Origin: Heteronotia binoei
Taxonomy: Eukaryota
Length of the DNA stretch: 64,000 nucleotides
Assembly (NCBI RefSeq): GCF_032191835.1
Contig: NC_083236.1
Coordinates: 27,404,001 to 27,468,000, forward strand
Direction of reading: 5' to 3'
This document shows positions 1 through 11,267 of this stretch, one piece after another. A model generated the notes under the pieces. It was not told the DNA's origin and did no database searches. It saw only the letters and a list, made by a program, of their open reading frames with translations. Within the stretch, counting starts at the first letter, position 1, and each line of letters begins with the position of its first letter. The translations under genes and the position numbers were made by a program.

Positions 1-633
1 TCACAAGGTGTGGAGTAAATGCCACAAATGAATTACATGTGCCAGAGTACTCCATTTCCTTTCAAGCACTTCAGCTTCACCGGAATTAATGAGTCACAGC
101 TATTCTGCAAAAGGTACAATCAGAAAAGCAGAAGCCGTTGAACTAAGCCTCAAATTACAAGACTTAAGTAACCAGTCTGTTACTATTCAGTTGATTAACA
201 CAAGAAAAAACAGGGGTGGTGGCGGTCTGTGGAAAACTATGACCCACAATAGAGGAACAGTTGGTGAAGATAATGGAACTTGCAGAGATGGCTAAACTTA
301 CTTCTTTGATTAGAGGACAGACATTAACTACATTTATTGTTAACTGGAACCCCCTTATAGACTTTTTACATGAAAGGGTGGGCGGGAGATAAAATGATAA
401 TTTGTAGATTTGATTATCAAGGGGGGAGGATTAGAAAATAGAAAAAGAGAGCTTTTTCCTTTGTAATTATAGAGTAAGTTTGTAAAGCGTCTTATATTTT
501 TTGTGGAGAAAATCAGGAGTCACTTATTTATATTCTTTATAGCCTGAGCTTCCTTCCTGCTCCTGGAAAGTCTACCCACTCCCACCCCCCGCCAGTTGCT
601 AAGAGGGACTTGGCAACCCTAGTACCTGACCAC

Positions 634-703
634 TGTGTGTGACAGGGTGCTGGACTAGATTGACCACTGATCTGATCCAGCAGGATTCTTCTGATGTTCT
701 TAT
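634..703 (+). mobile_element. CR1-like LINE 3' tail fragment
   Basis: ggactagattgaccactgatctgatccagc...gttcttatg is the reverse complement of the element end at about 7392. Confidence 0.6.
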
Positions 704-1184
704 GCCTCTCTGCTTATCTTAGGTAGATTTTCACACACCACCAGCAGTACTCTTTGGTTGACCCCACATGACATCTGGAATCAGGACAGTGGCTTCCACA
801 TCTGCCAAAGACATTTTGCTGATCCAGGATTCCTTGCAAAGTTGCTGAAGATTCCTGAGCCAGACTCTGGAAGTGAGGAGCTGTGTGCCGTGCAGGAGTT
901 TGTATTTCCAGACTCCTCTGTGGCACACATCTTAGGTATCTGAAGTGACCAGTGACTCACAAAAGCTCATATCCTGACACAAATTTTGTTAACCTTTAAG
1001 TTACTACTGGATTCTTGCTCTTTTCTGCTGCTGCAGAGAGACGTACACAGCTAACCACCTTATCTATCTTGGTTTATATGTGGCTTCTTTAGTACCACTA
1101 GCAGTAGAGCTGCTCATCTTAAAGGACTGCTTACTTGTGCAGTGCCGGAAGACTACCTGATTGCTTTCTCTTTTTTCCAAGTAG

Positions 1185-1375
1185 ATATCCGGGATCTAAA
1201 GAGCATAGAGGCTGCTGTGCAAAAGGTAGAAGAACACGTGAAAGGGAATGGGCTGACTCTGCTCATAAACAATGCTGGCATTTTGGTTAAATTCACCTTC
1301 TTGGCCAGTGAGACAGCAGAGAACATGGCGCGCCTGTACAACACAAACACCATTGGGACTTTGCAAGTCAGCCAG
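1185..1375 (+). CDS. SDR paralog 1 exon 3 (DIRDLKSIEAAV...LINNAG...TLQVSQ)
   Basis: 191 bp, phase 1 to 0; ttccaagtag acceptor and CAG/gtgag donor; aligns residue for residue with paralog 2 exon 3. Confidence 0.92.
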
Positions 1376-4300
1376 GTGAGAAGCCTTACAAGCCTTACAA
1401 ACTGACAGCATAAAGTGGGAGTGGGGTAAAGTTGCCAGCCTCCAGGCAGTGGCTGGTGATCTCGTGCTACTAAAACAGATCTCCAGGCGACAGAGATCAG
1501 TTCCCCTGGAGAAAATGGCTGCTGTGAAAGGTAGACTCTATGGCATTATACCCCACTGAGGTCCCTCCACTCTCCAAACCCTGCCCTTCTCAGGCTCCAC
1601 CCCCAAATCTCCAGGTATTTCCCAATCCAGAGCTGGCAACCTCAGGGTGGAAGGGAGTCCATACTGGTGCAGGATTCAGCAGCACAATCAATAGCACTGC
1701 AACCATAGGGTGAGATGGGGTGGCTGTAGGACTTGTGCCCCTCATGCTGTTCTGGCTGAGCAGCTGCCTCAGACATTTGTTTGTTTATTATTGGAATGGT
1801 TTAATCACTTTTCTGTCTTGTATTCTTTCATTTCAATTTTTTAAATTAAATTTCATTGAGACCCAGGTTTAAATCCCCAATGGTGCCATGGAAGCTTGCT
1901 GGGTAACCTTGGGTCAGTCACACACTTTCAGCCTAACCAACCTCATAGGGATGATGTGAGGATAAAATGGGGAAGAAGGGAGGATGAAAGCTGCTTTGGG
2001 TGGCCTTTTAAATGAAGTAAACAAATAAATAGAAAAGCAGGTTTAAAATGCTCTAAATAAAATTTAAAAAATAAATGTCTTAGTGTAACCTGTTCCCGGA
2101 TTGGAGCAGCAGCAGCCTGATACAGTGCACCCCCATCCTGCAGTGACTATTTCCTACCACTGGGGGTGCTGTGGCTGCAGTCCTGGTTGCCTCAGAGAGC
2201 AGCAGCAGCCAGGCTCCAAGGACGGATTTAGACAGGTTACACAAACTGGCCATCTATCTAAGATCCCACCCTCAGGTCAGCCTAGCCAAAAATACCATTG
2301 GTAGCAGGAGGGACCCACCAGCAGTCATTTACCAAAATAATAAGACTTGCTATTGCACTACTGAAATGTTGTAAGGGCAAGAGAAGAGAGGGAAGAGAAG
2401 ACTTTGATATACTATTAAAAAGGTAAAGATGCAAGCACAGAGTTGTTTCTGACCCATGGGGTGACATCACATCATGACATTTTCTTAACAGACATTTACG
2501 GGGTGGTTTGCCATTGCCTTCCCCAGTCATCTATGCTTTCCCCCCAGCAAGCTGGGTACTCATTTTACCGGCGTCAGAAGGATAGAAGGCTGAATCAACC
2601 TTGAGCCGGCTACCTGAACCCAGCTTCTGCCGGGATAAAACTCAGTTCATGAGCAGTACTGCAGCTTACCACTCTGCTATTAAAAATGGGCATACTTTTT
2701 TTAAATAGGAAGAAGTAAGTGTGAGCCTTCCCACAAAACTCAGGCATGGACGGACATAAAGGGGTAGACTCAGAGACCAACAATGCAGCACTAAGTAGCG
2801 TTGCATCCTCCTAAGTCTGCTGAGGATTGCATCACTGAGTCTCAGAATGGGACCTCAGTCCACAGGCCTCCACCACTACCTCCAGCCATTTTGTAGCAAG
2901 ACCTGAGAAGCCTTGCACTCCTGATTCACATCATATATAGTGTGGTCATTCTATAATATATTGCCAGAACAGGGTTCATTTTACTTATTTATTTATTTAC
3001 AAAATTTCTCTCTTGCCTTTCTGCTCTTATAAGGTTCTTCAACACAGCTAAAAATTTAAAATATGCATGCTAAAATCATTTTAAAACCATTAAAATGTGG
3101 TTTAAATTGTTTGAAAATCCCACATCATTAAAACAATTAGAATGCATACAAAAGATAAAAACAGCAAATTAAAATATTGGTTAGGGAGGAGTGATCATTG
3201 AAGGAATATCAAACAAAACAAAAAATCCTTCACCACTGGCAGAAGACAGAAACAGAAGGGAGCAGAATAATCTCCTTGGGGAGAGTTCCAGAACTTTGGT
3301 GCCAAAACTGAGAAGGCCCTGTCACGGCTGCTACCTACCTAATCTCAAAAGGTGGGGACACCCAATGAAGAGGCTTCAGCCTTGTCCCCTGCACTGTTTT
3401 TGCATCCCCCAAACTACCCCACAAAACCACTATTGCTGTAGAGTTGCCAACCTCAGGGTGGCACTTGAATTTCTCCTGGAATTAGAACTGATCTCCTCCT
3501 GGCTACAGAGATAAATTCCCCTGGACAAAATGGCAGCTTCAGAGGGCAGACTTTACAGAATCACATCCTTGCTAGAGTCTCTCCCATCTGCAGCCCTCCT
3601 CCCCCTCATTTCACTCCCAAACCACTAGGAATTTCCCAACCCGGCATTGCCACCCCAATTGGTGCTGTTATAGAAATTCCACGTAGTCACATAAGTTATG
3701 TGATTGTCACATGAGAGCCAAGTTATGTGACTGTCGCATGAGAGCCAACCATGAACATGATTGGAGGATATGAAAACAGCAGAGGGGGGTAAGGCTGAAG
3801 CCACTTATCTCCATGCATAACCATCACAAACAGAAAAGGGCCATCATGCATTCGCGACACACAAGTCTCCCCTTGCAAGTTTGGGCAAAGGCCCTCATAT
3901 CATCCACCAACAAATACATGAGCTTTGTAATGTGCAGCAAGGGCCTAGTTAGTTTCCCAGGATTTGCAGACTGGCTGCCAGTCAAGGAGAATATGGCTGT
4001 CTAACAGACACTGGGTGGAATTCTCTCGAGGCATTCCTGCCCTTGCTGAAGACTGCTGCCCTGAGAAGCCCCAAAGAAGGCCTGAGCTGCAGTAAAGCTG
4101 CAATTGTCAACATCTCCAGTGACTTCGGCTCCATTGAGAAAGTGGCTGGGTGGAATCTCTCGCAAGTTGTCTCCTATCGTTGTAGCAAGGTATGCAGATC
4201 TGTGCCATACAGGGCAGGGCCCTTTTATTAAGATTTCATTAAGACTTTGTTAATGTGCCAAATAATAGTTTGCATCAGTTTAATTTATGAATTAATAAGC

Positions 4301-7300
4301 TAATTTGTGTAATAAGTGGTTTTTGTATGGGATATTGGTTGGAGCACTGTTTAATGCATGCAAAAGAACATCCAGGACTCTGTGTTTGTATTTTATTTCT
4401 TTACAGTATTTATTAACAGTACTGTCCACAATATTTTTCAAGTGCTTTATTATTCACCATTTATAATAAATGAGAAAAGCATCATAAACCGAAATCAAAT
4501 TCAATAATGGCCATTACTGAAATCAATAAAAGCAGAAAAGGTGAAATGGGAAAGAAGAATAAGAGAAGTGGTAATCTTGGATTGAAGTTGTGACCTAAAA
4601 GCAAAGGTGACTGGTGCCCTGCCCCCATGCCATGTAGTGGGTGTCCTGTTTTACACCCTTTGTCCTAGAACTCTTTTCCTCTCCTAGGAGGAAATGATAT
4701 ATCACCATATAATTTTTCTAGGAAGTGAGGTGACCCAATTAAGAGTCTTTATGGCCTGACCCATAGGAATGGGATTCAAGGTAAATCTGTGACATTTTCT
4801 GGCACTTCTCCAAAGAGGGCATTCTCAGGATTGGTCTAGGGCAGTGGTCCCCAACCTTTTTGGCACCAGGATTCAGTTTTGTGGAAGACAATTTTTCCAC
4901 GGACCAGGGGTGGGTGGGTGATGGTTTCGGGATGATACAATTGTGCACTTTATTTCTATTATTACATTGTAATATATAATGAAATTATTATACAATTCAC
5001 AGCCTGGTTACTAATAGGCCATGGACCAATACTGGTCTGCGGCCTGGGGATTGGGGACCCCTGGTCTAGGGGACCATATGAACCCTGTAAGAACTCACAC
5101 TGCACTACCCTCAGCCAACTGGTGCAGGTTTCAGTCCTGTGAAGGCATTGGATTCAACCCTTTGACATAGGATGGTACAGAGTGACATTACACAGTTCCC
5201 CAAGATGAGTAAGGTGGTCATGTGACCTGCCCCAAGGCACACCCTGCTACTCCCTATCCAATTATTATAGGTTTCCAATCAGTGCTGTTGTTTTGAATCT
5301 TGTAGCATGGACAGATAAGTTTAGAGGAGAGACTATGGCTCAGTGGATGAGCCTCTGCTTTTCACACAGAAGGTCTCAAGTTCTGTCTCCAGCATCTCTG
5401 GTTAAAAAGGACCAGGTAGCAGGTGAAAGACCTCAGTCTGAGACTGAGACCCTGGAGATTGGCTGCTGGACTGAGTAGACAATACTGATGCTGATGGACC
5501 AATGGTCTGCTTCAGTATAAGGCAGGTTCATGTGTTATATAACACCTATCCTCAGTTTTGATCCAAGAGCTTATGATCACTCTAAGAACTTGCCCCGATA
5601 TGCTGAGAGTATGACTTAGGGCTCCTATGTTTTTGTTCAATTCTCTTGATATTTTAAGAATAGGAGGCAGAATACAGGCTAGTGGAAAGTCATGGAGAAA
5701 GGATCTGTGGTTTGCCATCGATCACAGATTGAGCATGAGTTAGCAGTGTGATGCAGCTGCAAAACAGGCTAATACAATTTTTGGCTGCATTAACAGAAGT
5801 GTGGCATTCTAGTCACAAAAAATAATAGTTCCACTCCATGCTAGTCAGATCGCATCTGTTTCCAGTTCTAAATGCCACAATTTATAGACAAAATGGAATT
5901 GCACTGAAGGGGTTAACAAAGAGGATTGAGGGAGTCAAGAAAACAAGTCCTACAGGGAAAGGTTGAAGGCACTGGGCATGTTTAGCCTGGAGAAGGGAAG
6001 ACTAAGGGGAGACTTGGTGATGCTGAAGGGTATCACAAAGAGGGTGAAGGCTGGAACTCACCACCAGCACCCCTGCCTCCCCCTCCCACCCATGTGCACT
6101 GCTTACACAAAGTGTGCGGCCATGGCTCAGTGGTAGAATACCAGTGCTATGTACAGAATGGCCCAGGCTCTGTCCTTCTCATTTCAAGAAGTGACTTGGG
6201 ATATCTGCATGACTGAACTGACATTGTCAACTAGTGTTTGATCTTGAAACCTCAGACACCTTTCCCAGTCTTGCCCCCTGCCAGTCCAAGCTTAGGACTC
6301 CTTCTGAGGTCCTCCCAGACTTTATCACATGCGCATAATTGCTGTATGAACTTGAGACAGTTAGGTGTGAAGACACTGCCTTTTTCTTGCTTTTATAATG
6401 GCATGAGCTTGGGGGTACTCACTAGTTTCAAGACCTCTGGCCAGAACGTGTTCATCCCCCTCACATGATGCATTTATGTCCTCCTGTTCTGACTCGTCCT
6501 CAGACAGCTCTGAACATGCTCACCAGATGCCAGTCCTTGGAGTACAAACAGTTTGGGGTTCTTTGCCTTTCCATCCACCCTGGCTGGGTGAAAACCTCCA
6601 TGGGAACTCTGCTGGTAAGTGACTGTGTTGGGGGAGGGAGAAATCAGGGTACTTGGGCAAGTCTTCTCCAAGCAATGGATCTGGTCTATAGGATCCCCTT
6701 GCTCTAAAGCGGTAGCAGATGGTAGTTCTCAGGGGCAAGGAGATCTGTGCCTATGGTGAACACAGAAGATGCCAGAGGCTGGGCAAAACAGCTCCTCCAG
6801 TCCTCCAAAATTCTTCACCAAAACTCACCCTGCAAGCTGCATGCACACCTGAGATCACATACACGCACCTGTGTTTACCACCTGTAAGTGGCCATCAAAC
6901 CCTTACCTCCAGCATAAAGTGCCTGGATCCACACCAAGGTAAGCTCTGATGGGCTTTTGTGAACCTATCTACATTCACTGTTAATTGACAATAAAAAATG
7001 AGAATAAGATCCATAATGATCCCAAAAGAGTCTCTCTTAAAAATTTAAATGTTCCGTTTCTGGTTGTTATGACTGTAATTCTCCTTGAAAACAAATACTA
7101 TATTTAGAATATACTTCATATCATAGGTAAACTCTTAAGTTAAAAGTCTCCTGAGATAAGATGATCCTTACATGCCCCCTAGAGGCTAGAAGGGATGATG
7201 TGTCTCCCTAAGCACATGAGATCATATGAAAATATCAAGCTACGTTGCGTTGAGTCAGGCAATTTGCTCTATCACATCAGTCATGTTATTTTGACTGGCG

Positions 7301-9793
7301 GCAGCTCTGCAGTGTCTCAGGCAGAGAAGGGTCTTCTCTCCACCTGCGGTTGTGTAAGTGGGAGATGGCAGAGGCTGAAGCTTCTAGATGAATAAGAACA
7401 TAAGAAGAGGCCTGCTGGATCACACCCATGGTCCATCTAGTCCAGCATCCTGTCTCACACAGCATACCAACCAGTTACTTGGGAGAACAACAGATTGAGG
7501 CCTTCCCCTGATGTTGCCTCCTAGCACGGGTATTCTGAGGTTGAATACTTCTGAATGTGGCAGTTCCATTAGTCACCTGGCTGGTAGCCACTGATAGGCC
7601 TAACTTCTGCAAATCAATCTAATCATCCTTTTTTTTTAATAATAGATTTTATTTTTTTTATCTAATCCAATACAAAGGGAGCATAGGGAAAATAGATAAT
7701 AAAAATATAAATCTAACATACAAGAATCCAATTTAGAACATTGGATGCATATAACATACAGTTTACAAAAACAATACATAATATGCTAGGTATTAAGAAT
7801 TAAGAAACAGCCAACAATTCATTCTATTAGGCAAAAAGGAAATATTGCCAAAGAATTCCAAAACTGGAGCCCAAAGTAAATCATAATCTATAGCTAAATC
7901 AGCATCATTTTTGAAAGGGTTATCCATTGTCTTTCCCATTACATACTGGTCCCATAACTTATCATACCACATTTCAATCGTGGGGGTATGTGGCAGTTTC
8001 CAATTTTTAGCAATCGTCATGTGATCTATTGCCAACATTGTCGAGATTAAAGATTTCTGATCTTCAGTTGTCAATTTATTAGGTCATATATCAAATGAAG
8101 TTTAAAATCTACTGGAATAGTAAGCTTTATTTGTGCTACCACTTTATTCCAAAATTTAACACTGTTGGACATTCCCACCACATATGATACGGGGAGCCTT
8201 TAGTTCAATCTAATCATCCTTTAACATTATCTGTGTCTGAGGTCATCACTACACCCTCTGGCGGCAAATTCCACATTTTAATTACTTGTAGAGTACATAA
8301 TTATTTTCTTTTTTTCTGTCCTGATTCTACTGCCCATCAGCTTCATTGAAGGCCCTTGAGTTCTGGTATTTTGGGAGACAAAGAGAAAATTCTCTCTATT
8401 TGCTCTGTCTACCCTGTGCATAATTTTATGAATCCTCTATCATATATCCCCTCAGTTGACTCTTTTCTCAGACTCTTCAGCCTTTCCTCATAAGAAAGGT
8501 ACTCCAACCACGTAAGGACCTTGGTTGCAGGGGGGTGGGGTGCCATTCTATAGCACCTTACCTTCACTTACATTGAATTTCGTTTGTCACATTGTTGCCC
8601 TCTCACCCAATTTGTGGAGATCCTCCTGGAGTTCTTCATCATCAACCTTAGTTTTTACCATCCGAAATAATTTTGTGTGATCTGCAAACTTGGCCAATAC
8701 ACCGCTTAACCCCAATTCCAAACCATTTAGGAACAAATTAAACAGCACTGGCTCCAATGGGAGAGCCAGTCTGGTGTAGTGGTTAAGTGTGTGGACTCTT
8801 ATCTGAGAGAATTTGGTTTGATTCCCCACTCCTCCACTTGCAGCTGCTGGAATGGCTTTGGGTCAGCCATAACTCTCTCGCAGAGCTGTCCTTGAAAGGG
8901 CAGCTTCTAAGAGAGCTCTCTCAGCCCCACCTACCTCACAGGGTGTCTGCTGTGGGGGAGGAAGGTAAAGGAGATTGTAAGCTGCTCTGAGATTCAGAGT
9001 GTAGGGTGGGGTATAAATTCAATATCTTCTATCTTCTTCAATACTGATCTTTCTGAGATCCCAGTGCTTACTTCCCTCCATTGAGACAATGGCCCATTTA
9101 TTCCAAGTTTTGGCTTCCTTTTGTTTAATCAATACTTTATCCATGGCTGGTAAATTTACTCAGGTGTCTTTAGTGAGGAAGGCCAAGTATAATATCTACT
9201 GCATCAGCATTATATAAATGTTTGTTCACTTTCTCAAAGAACTCTTTACTGTTGAAAGGCCAAGTATAATATCTGGCACTGGTATTCAAAGGCTGACCAC
9301 CTAGATATGCAAGTTCTTTGATCTCCATGAAACTGATGGACTGATTGATTTATCACTATGTTTCTGATTCTTGTAATTCTACTTTGTGTCAAGGTTTAGG
9401 CCTTTGTGTCAGGAGAAACTTAACAGCTCTGGCTTTATTTTGGGCTCTCTCAGATTTTAACAGTGACAGACAGAGACACAGAACTTTGCTTCAAGAGCAA
9501 TATACTTTCAAGGCAATCCCAAGGATTATTTCCTGGGAGTAAGCCCTATGAAATAGACTTGAGTAAGACTCTGAGTAGACTTGTTTAGGATTGCTCTCTG
9601 GGGGGGAAATCTTGGATCAGTGGGCATCAGACAAAATATAGCATTTCTAACTGATCTCCCTCACTATTTTCCTCACTAGGTTCCAACTACTGTGAAGGAT
9701 AGCACCACAGGGATTGTTAAAGTGCTTTCTGCTGTCACTGAAAGAGACTCAGGATCTTTCCTTGATTGGGAAGGGAACACTGTTCCTTGGTGA
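1185..9793 (+). CDS. C-factor/sniffer-like SDR oxidoreductase, paralog 1 (partial; exons 3-6 in window, exons 1-2 upstream of window)
   Basis: Exons 1185-1375, 4031-4189, 6504-6614, 9680-9793 join in phase with AG/GT boundaries. Motifs LINNAG, NTIG, NISS, YRCSK, HPGWVKT, and C-terminal DWEGNTVPW*. AATAAA at 9849-9854. Confidence 0.93.
1428..1643. mobile_element. Non-autonomous DNA transposon (MITE), 'agggttgcc' terminal-repeat family (further copies at ~3439-3655, 24093-24252, 46604-46862, 56750-56897, 59690-59905)
   Basis: gttgccagcc...ggcaacc inverted termini; shared body gatcagttcccctggagaaaatggct...ctccaggaatttcccaac. Confidence 0.75.
2430..2677 (-). mobile_element. Sauria SINE (Squam1-type), partial
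   Basis: Reverse complement of the 19108 and 20596 SINE body (ggggaaggcaatggcaaaccacccc). Confidence 0.8.
4031..4189 (+). CDS. SDR paralog 1 exon 4 (AFLPLLK...NISSDFGSI...YRCSK)
   Basis: 159 bp; CTAAC branch point at 4001-4005, ttctctcgag acceptor, AAG/gtatgc donor; carries catalytic S and YxxxK. Confidence 0.92.
4842..5063. mobile_element. hAT (Charlie-like) MITE
   Basis: Terminal inverted repeats cagtggtccccaa / ttggggacccctg; perfect 8-bp TSD gtctaggg at 4834-4841 and 5064-5071. Confidence 0.85.
5322..5535 (+). mobile_element. tRNA-derived SINE (Squam2-like); second copy at 22881-23070
   Basis: tggctcagtgg A-box head; body gaccctggagag...ctgagtagacaatactga...gatggacc shared between the two copies. 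Confidence 0.7.
5722..6030 (+). mobile_element. CR1 LINE ORF2 3' fragment, decayed (another at ~49990-50290)
   Basis: atgagttagcagtgtgatgcagctgc...tttagcctggagaagggaagactaagggg, typical CR1 ORF2 C-terminal text. Confidence 0.7.
6504..6614 (+). CDS. SDR paralog 1 exon 5 (TALNMLTRCQS...HPGWVKTSMGTLL)
   Basis: 111 bp; cctcag acceptor, CTG/gtaagt donor. Confidence 0.93.
7632..8204 (-). mobile_element. 5'-truncated L1-clade LINE 3' end
   Basis: Poly-T head on the + strand; ORF2 C-terminal peptides YHMWWECP..FW and IAKNWK..TPTIEMWY; 18-bp TSD tcaatctaatcatccttt at 7614-7631 and 8205-8222. Confidence 0.85.
8760..9039 (+). mobile_element. tRNA-derived SINE (Squam3-like); other copies at ~22672-22880(-), 28620-28830(-), 31750-31950(+), 37485-37745(-), 43568-43810(+), 50770-51020(-)
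   Basis: gagagccagtctggtgtagtggttaag head, ctcagccccacctacctcacagggtgtctg body, microsatellite tail. Confidence 0.8.
9680..9793 (+). CDS. SDR paralog 1 terminal exon 6 (VPTTVKDSTTGIVKVL...EGNTVPW*)
   Basis: 114 bp to TGA at 9791-9793, same length as paralog 2 exon 6; AATAAA 56 nt downstream. Confidence 0.9.
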   Translation, partial: VPTTVKDSTTGIVKVLSAVTERDSGSFLDWEGNTVPW

Positions 9794-10692
9794 ACAACCA
9801 GGTCACGTGATGAAAACAAATCTGCTGTTCCATCAACCATAAACAGACAATAAACAGTCTGCTCTCAAGCTTCTTTGTGGCCCAGTATTTTGAATATGTC
9901 TGACATGTGGTACACACCTGGTCACTCGATATCGTCCACTGAATCCGTTTCTGTTGGTGAAAGTGTTGCAAGCTTTTGATTTACACACAGCTGCTTGGAA
10001 GAAACAGGGAATGCACAGTGCATGCTTCCTTCCAGTTTCCCTTCCTGAAACCAATGGGGATGAATGCAGTCATCATGTGGATCATTTCCAGGAACTGGAA
10101 GAGAAAGCTTATCCCTTCTTGCTCTTTTTCCAATCCCTGTGTGTTTTGCTGCTGATACAGAGCTTGCACCCATAAGAAGCATGACTCATGAGTCAAGAGC
10201 TTGGGTGGCGCTGTTTGCTTGCACAGGGAACAACTGGCAAGGGAGGGAAGGATTCTGCCTCCTGCTTGTGCAGGCAGATTTCCCAAGTTTGCAAGGGATG
10301 TTCCCTGCAGAGGGTTATTAAGCAGTGTTTGAGGTCATCCTCCTGGCTCTAGAGACCTTCTGCTTGTGGAGGAAACTGACTGATATCTGCCTTCAGCAGC
10401 TGTTAGATGTATGAATCCCCCTTTCCCCCCAGCTCCCCCCTGCCCATCTTCTGAAATGGCCTTCTTAGCTAGTATGCATGTTGTGATTATTTCTGCCTGC
10501 TTAAAATTTTTATAAAGTGCCTGAGGCTTTTGGACACCACATACAAAAAAGGAAGTTCCAGCTGTGCAGCTCCCTGGCTAGAAAAGAGAAAATACAAACA
10601 GAAAGGAGAAAAAGTATGGAAGAGATAAACGCCAGCTTCAATAAAGTGAGGTTAAAAAACACAGGATCTACCAATTCAAAAAAAATAAAAGG

Positions 10693-10948
10693 NNNNNNNN
10701 NNNNNNNNNNNNNNNNNNNNNNNNNNNNNNNNNNNNNNNNNNNNNNNNNNNNNNNNNNNNNNNNNNNNNNNNNNNNNNNNNNNNNNNNNNNNNNNNNNNN
10801 NNNNNNNNNNNNNNNNNNNNNNNNNNNNNNNNNNNNNNNNNNNNNNNNNNNNNNNNNNNNNNNNNNNNNNNNNNNNNNNNNNNNNNNNNNNNNNNNNNNN
10901 NNNNNNNNNNNNNNNNNNNNNNNNNNNNNNNNNNNNNNNNNNNNNNNN
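10693..10948. other. Assembly gap (256 N)
   Basis: Run of n. Confidence 1.
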
Positions 10949-11019
10949 ACAGGAATAGGCAGATGGGTTTAAGCACACAAGGTTCCCCCTTTTTATTGTT
11001 ATTTATTAACTGTGATCAC

Positions 11020-11267
11020 CAGGGCTTTTTTGTAGCTTTGCATATTAAGCTCCTTTGCATATTAAGCATGTTAAATCACACACCTCCTCATATTAAGGAA
11101 CTCCTTTGCATATTAAGCATGTTAAATCACACACCCCTGATGTAGCCAATCCTCCAAGATCTTACAGGGCTCTTAGTACAGGGCCTACTGTAAGCTCCAG
11201 GAGGATTGGCTACATCAGGGGGTGTGGCCTAATATGCAAAGGAGTTCCTGCTACAAAAATAGCCCTG
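11020..11267. mobile_element. Palindromic 'cagggcttttt' MITE with internal tandem duplication (related copies at ~12646-12735, 13166-13361, 20365-20960, 33590-33790, 35665-35750, 62555-62680)
   Basis: cagggctttttt...aaatagccctg termini; self-complementary body (tgatgtagccaatcctcc / ggaggattggctacatca). Confidence 0.8.

Larger units (their letters stand above)
7392..9245 (-). mobile_element. CR1 LINE (RT region and 3' end) interrupted by an L1 fragment and a SINE
   Basis: ataagaacataaga tail; ORF 8587-8829 (-) reads PVLFNLFLN...AKFADHTKLFR, a degenerate CR1 RT FADD motif. Confidence 0.85.

Noticed and set aside
3693-3746. 27-bp tandem duplication (also a ~32-bp one at 43807-43866); possible CRISPR-like repeats
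   Set aside because: Two adjacent copies without spacers; ordinary slippage duplications in eukaryotic introns.
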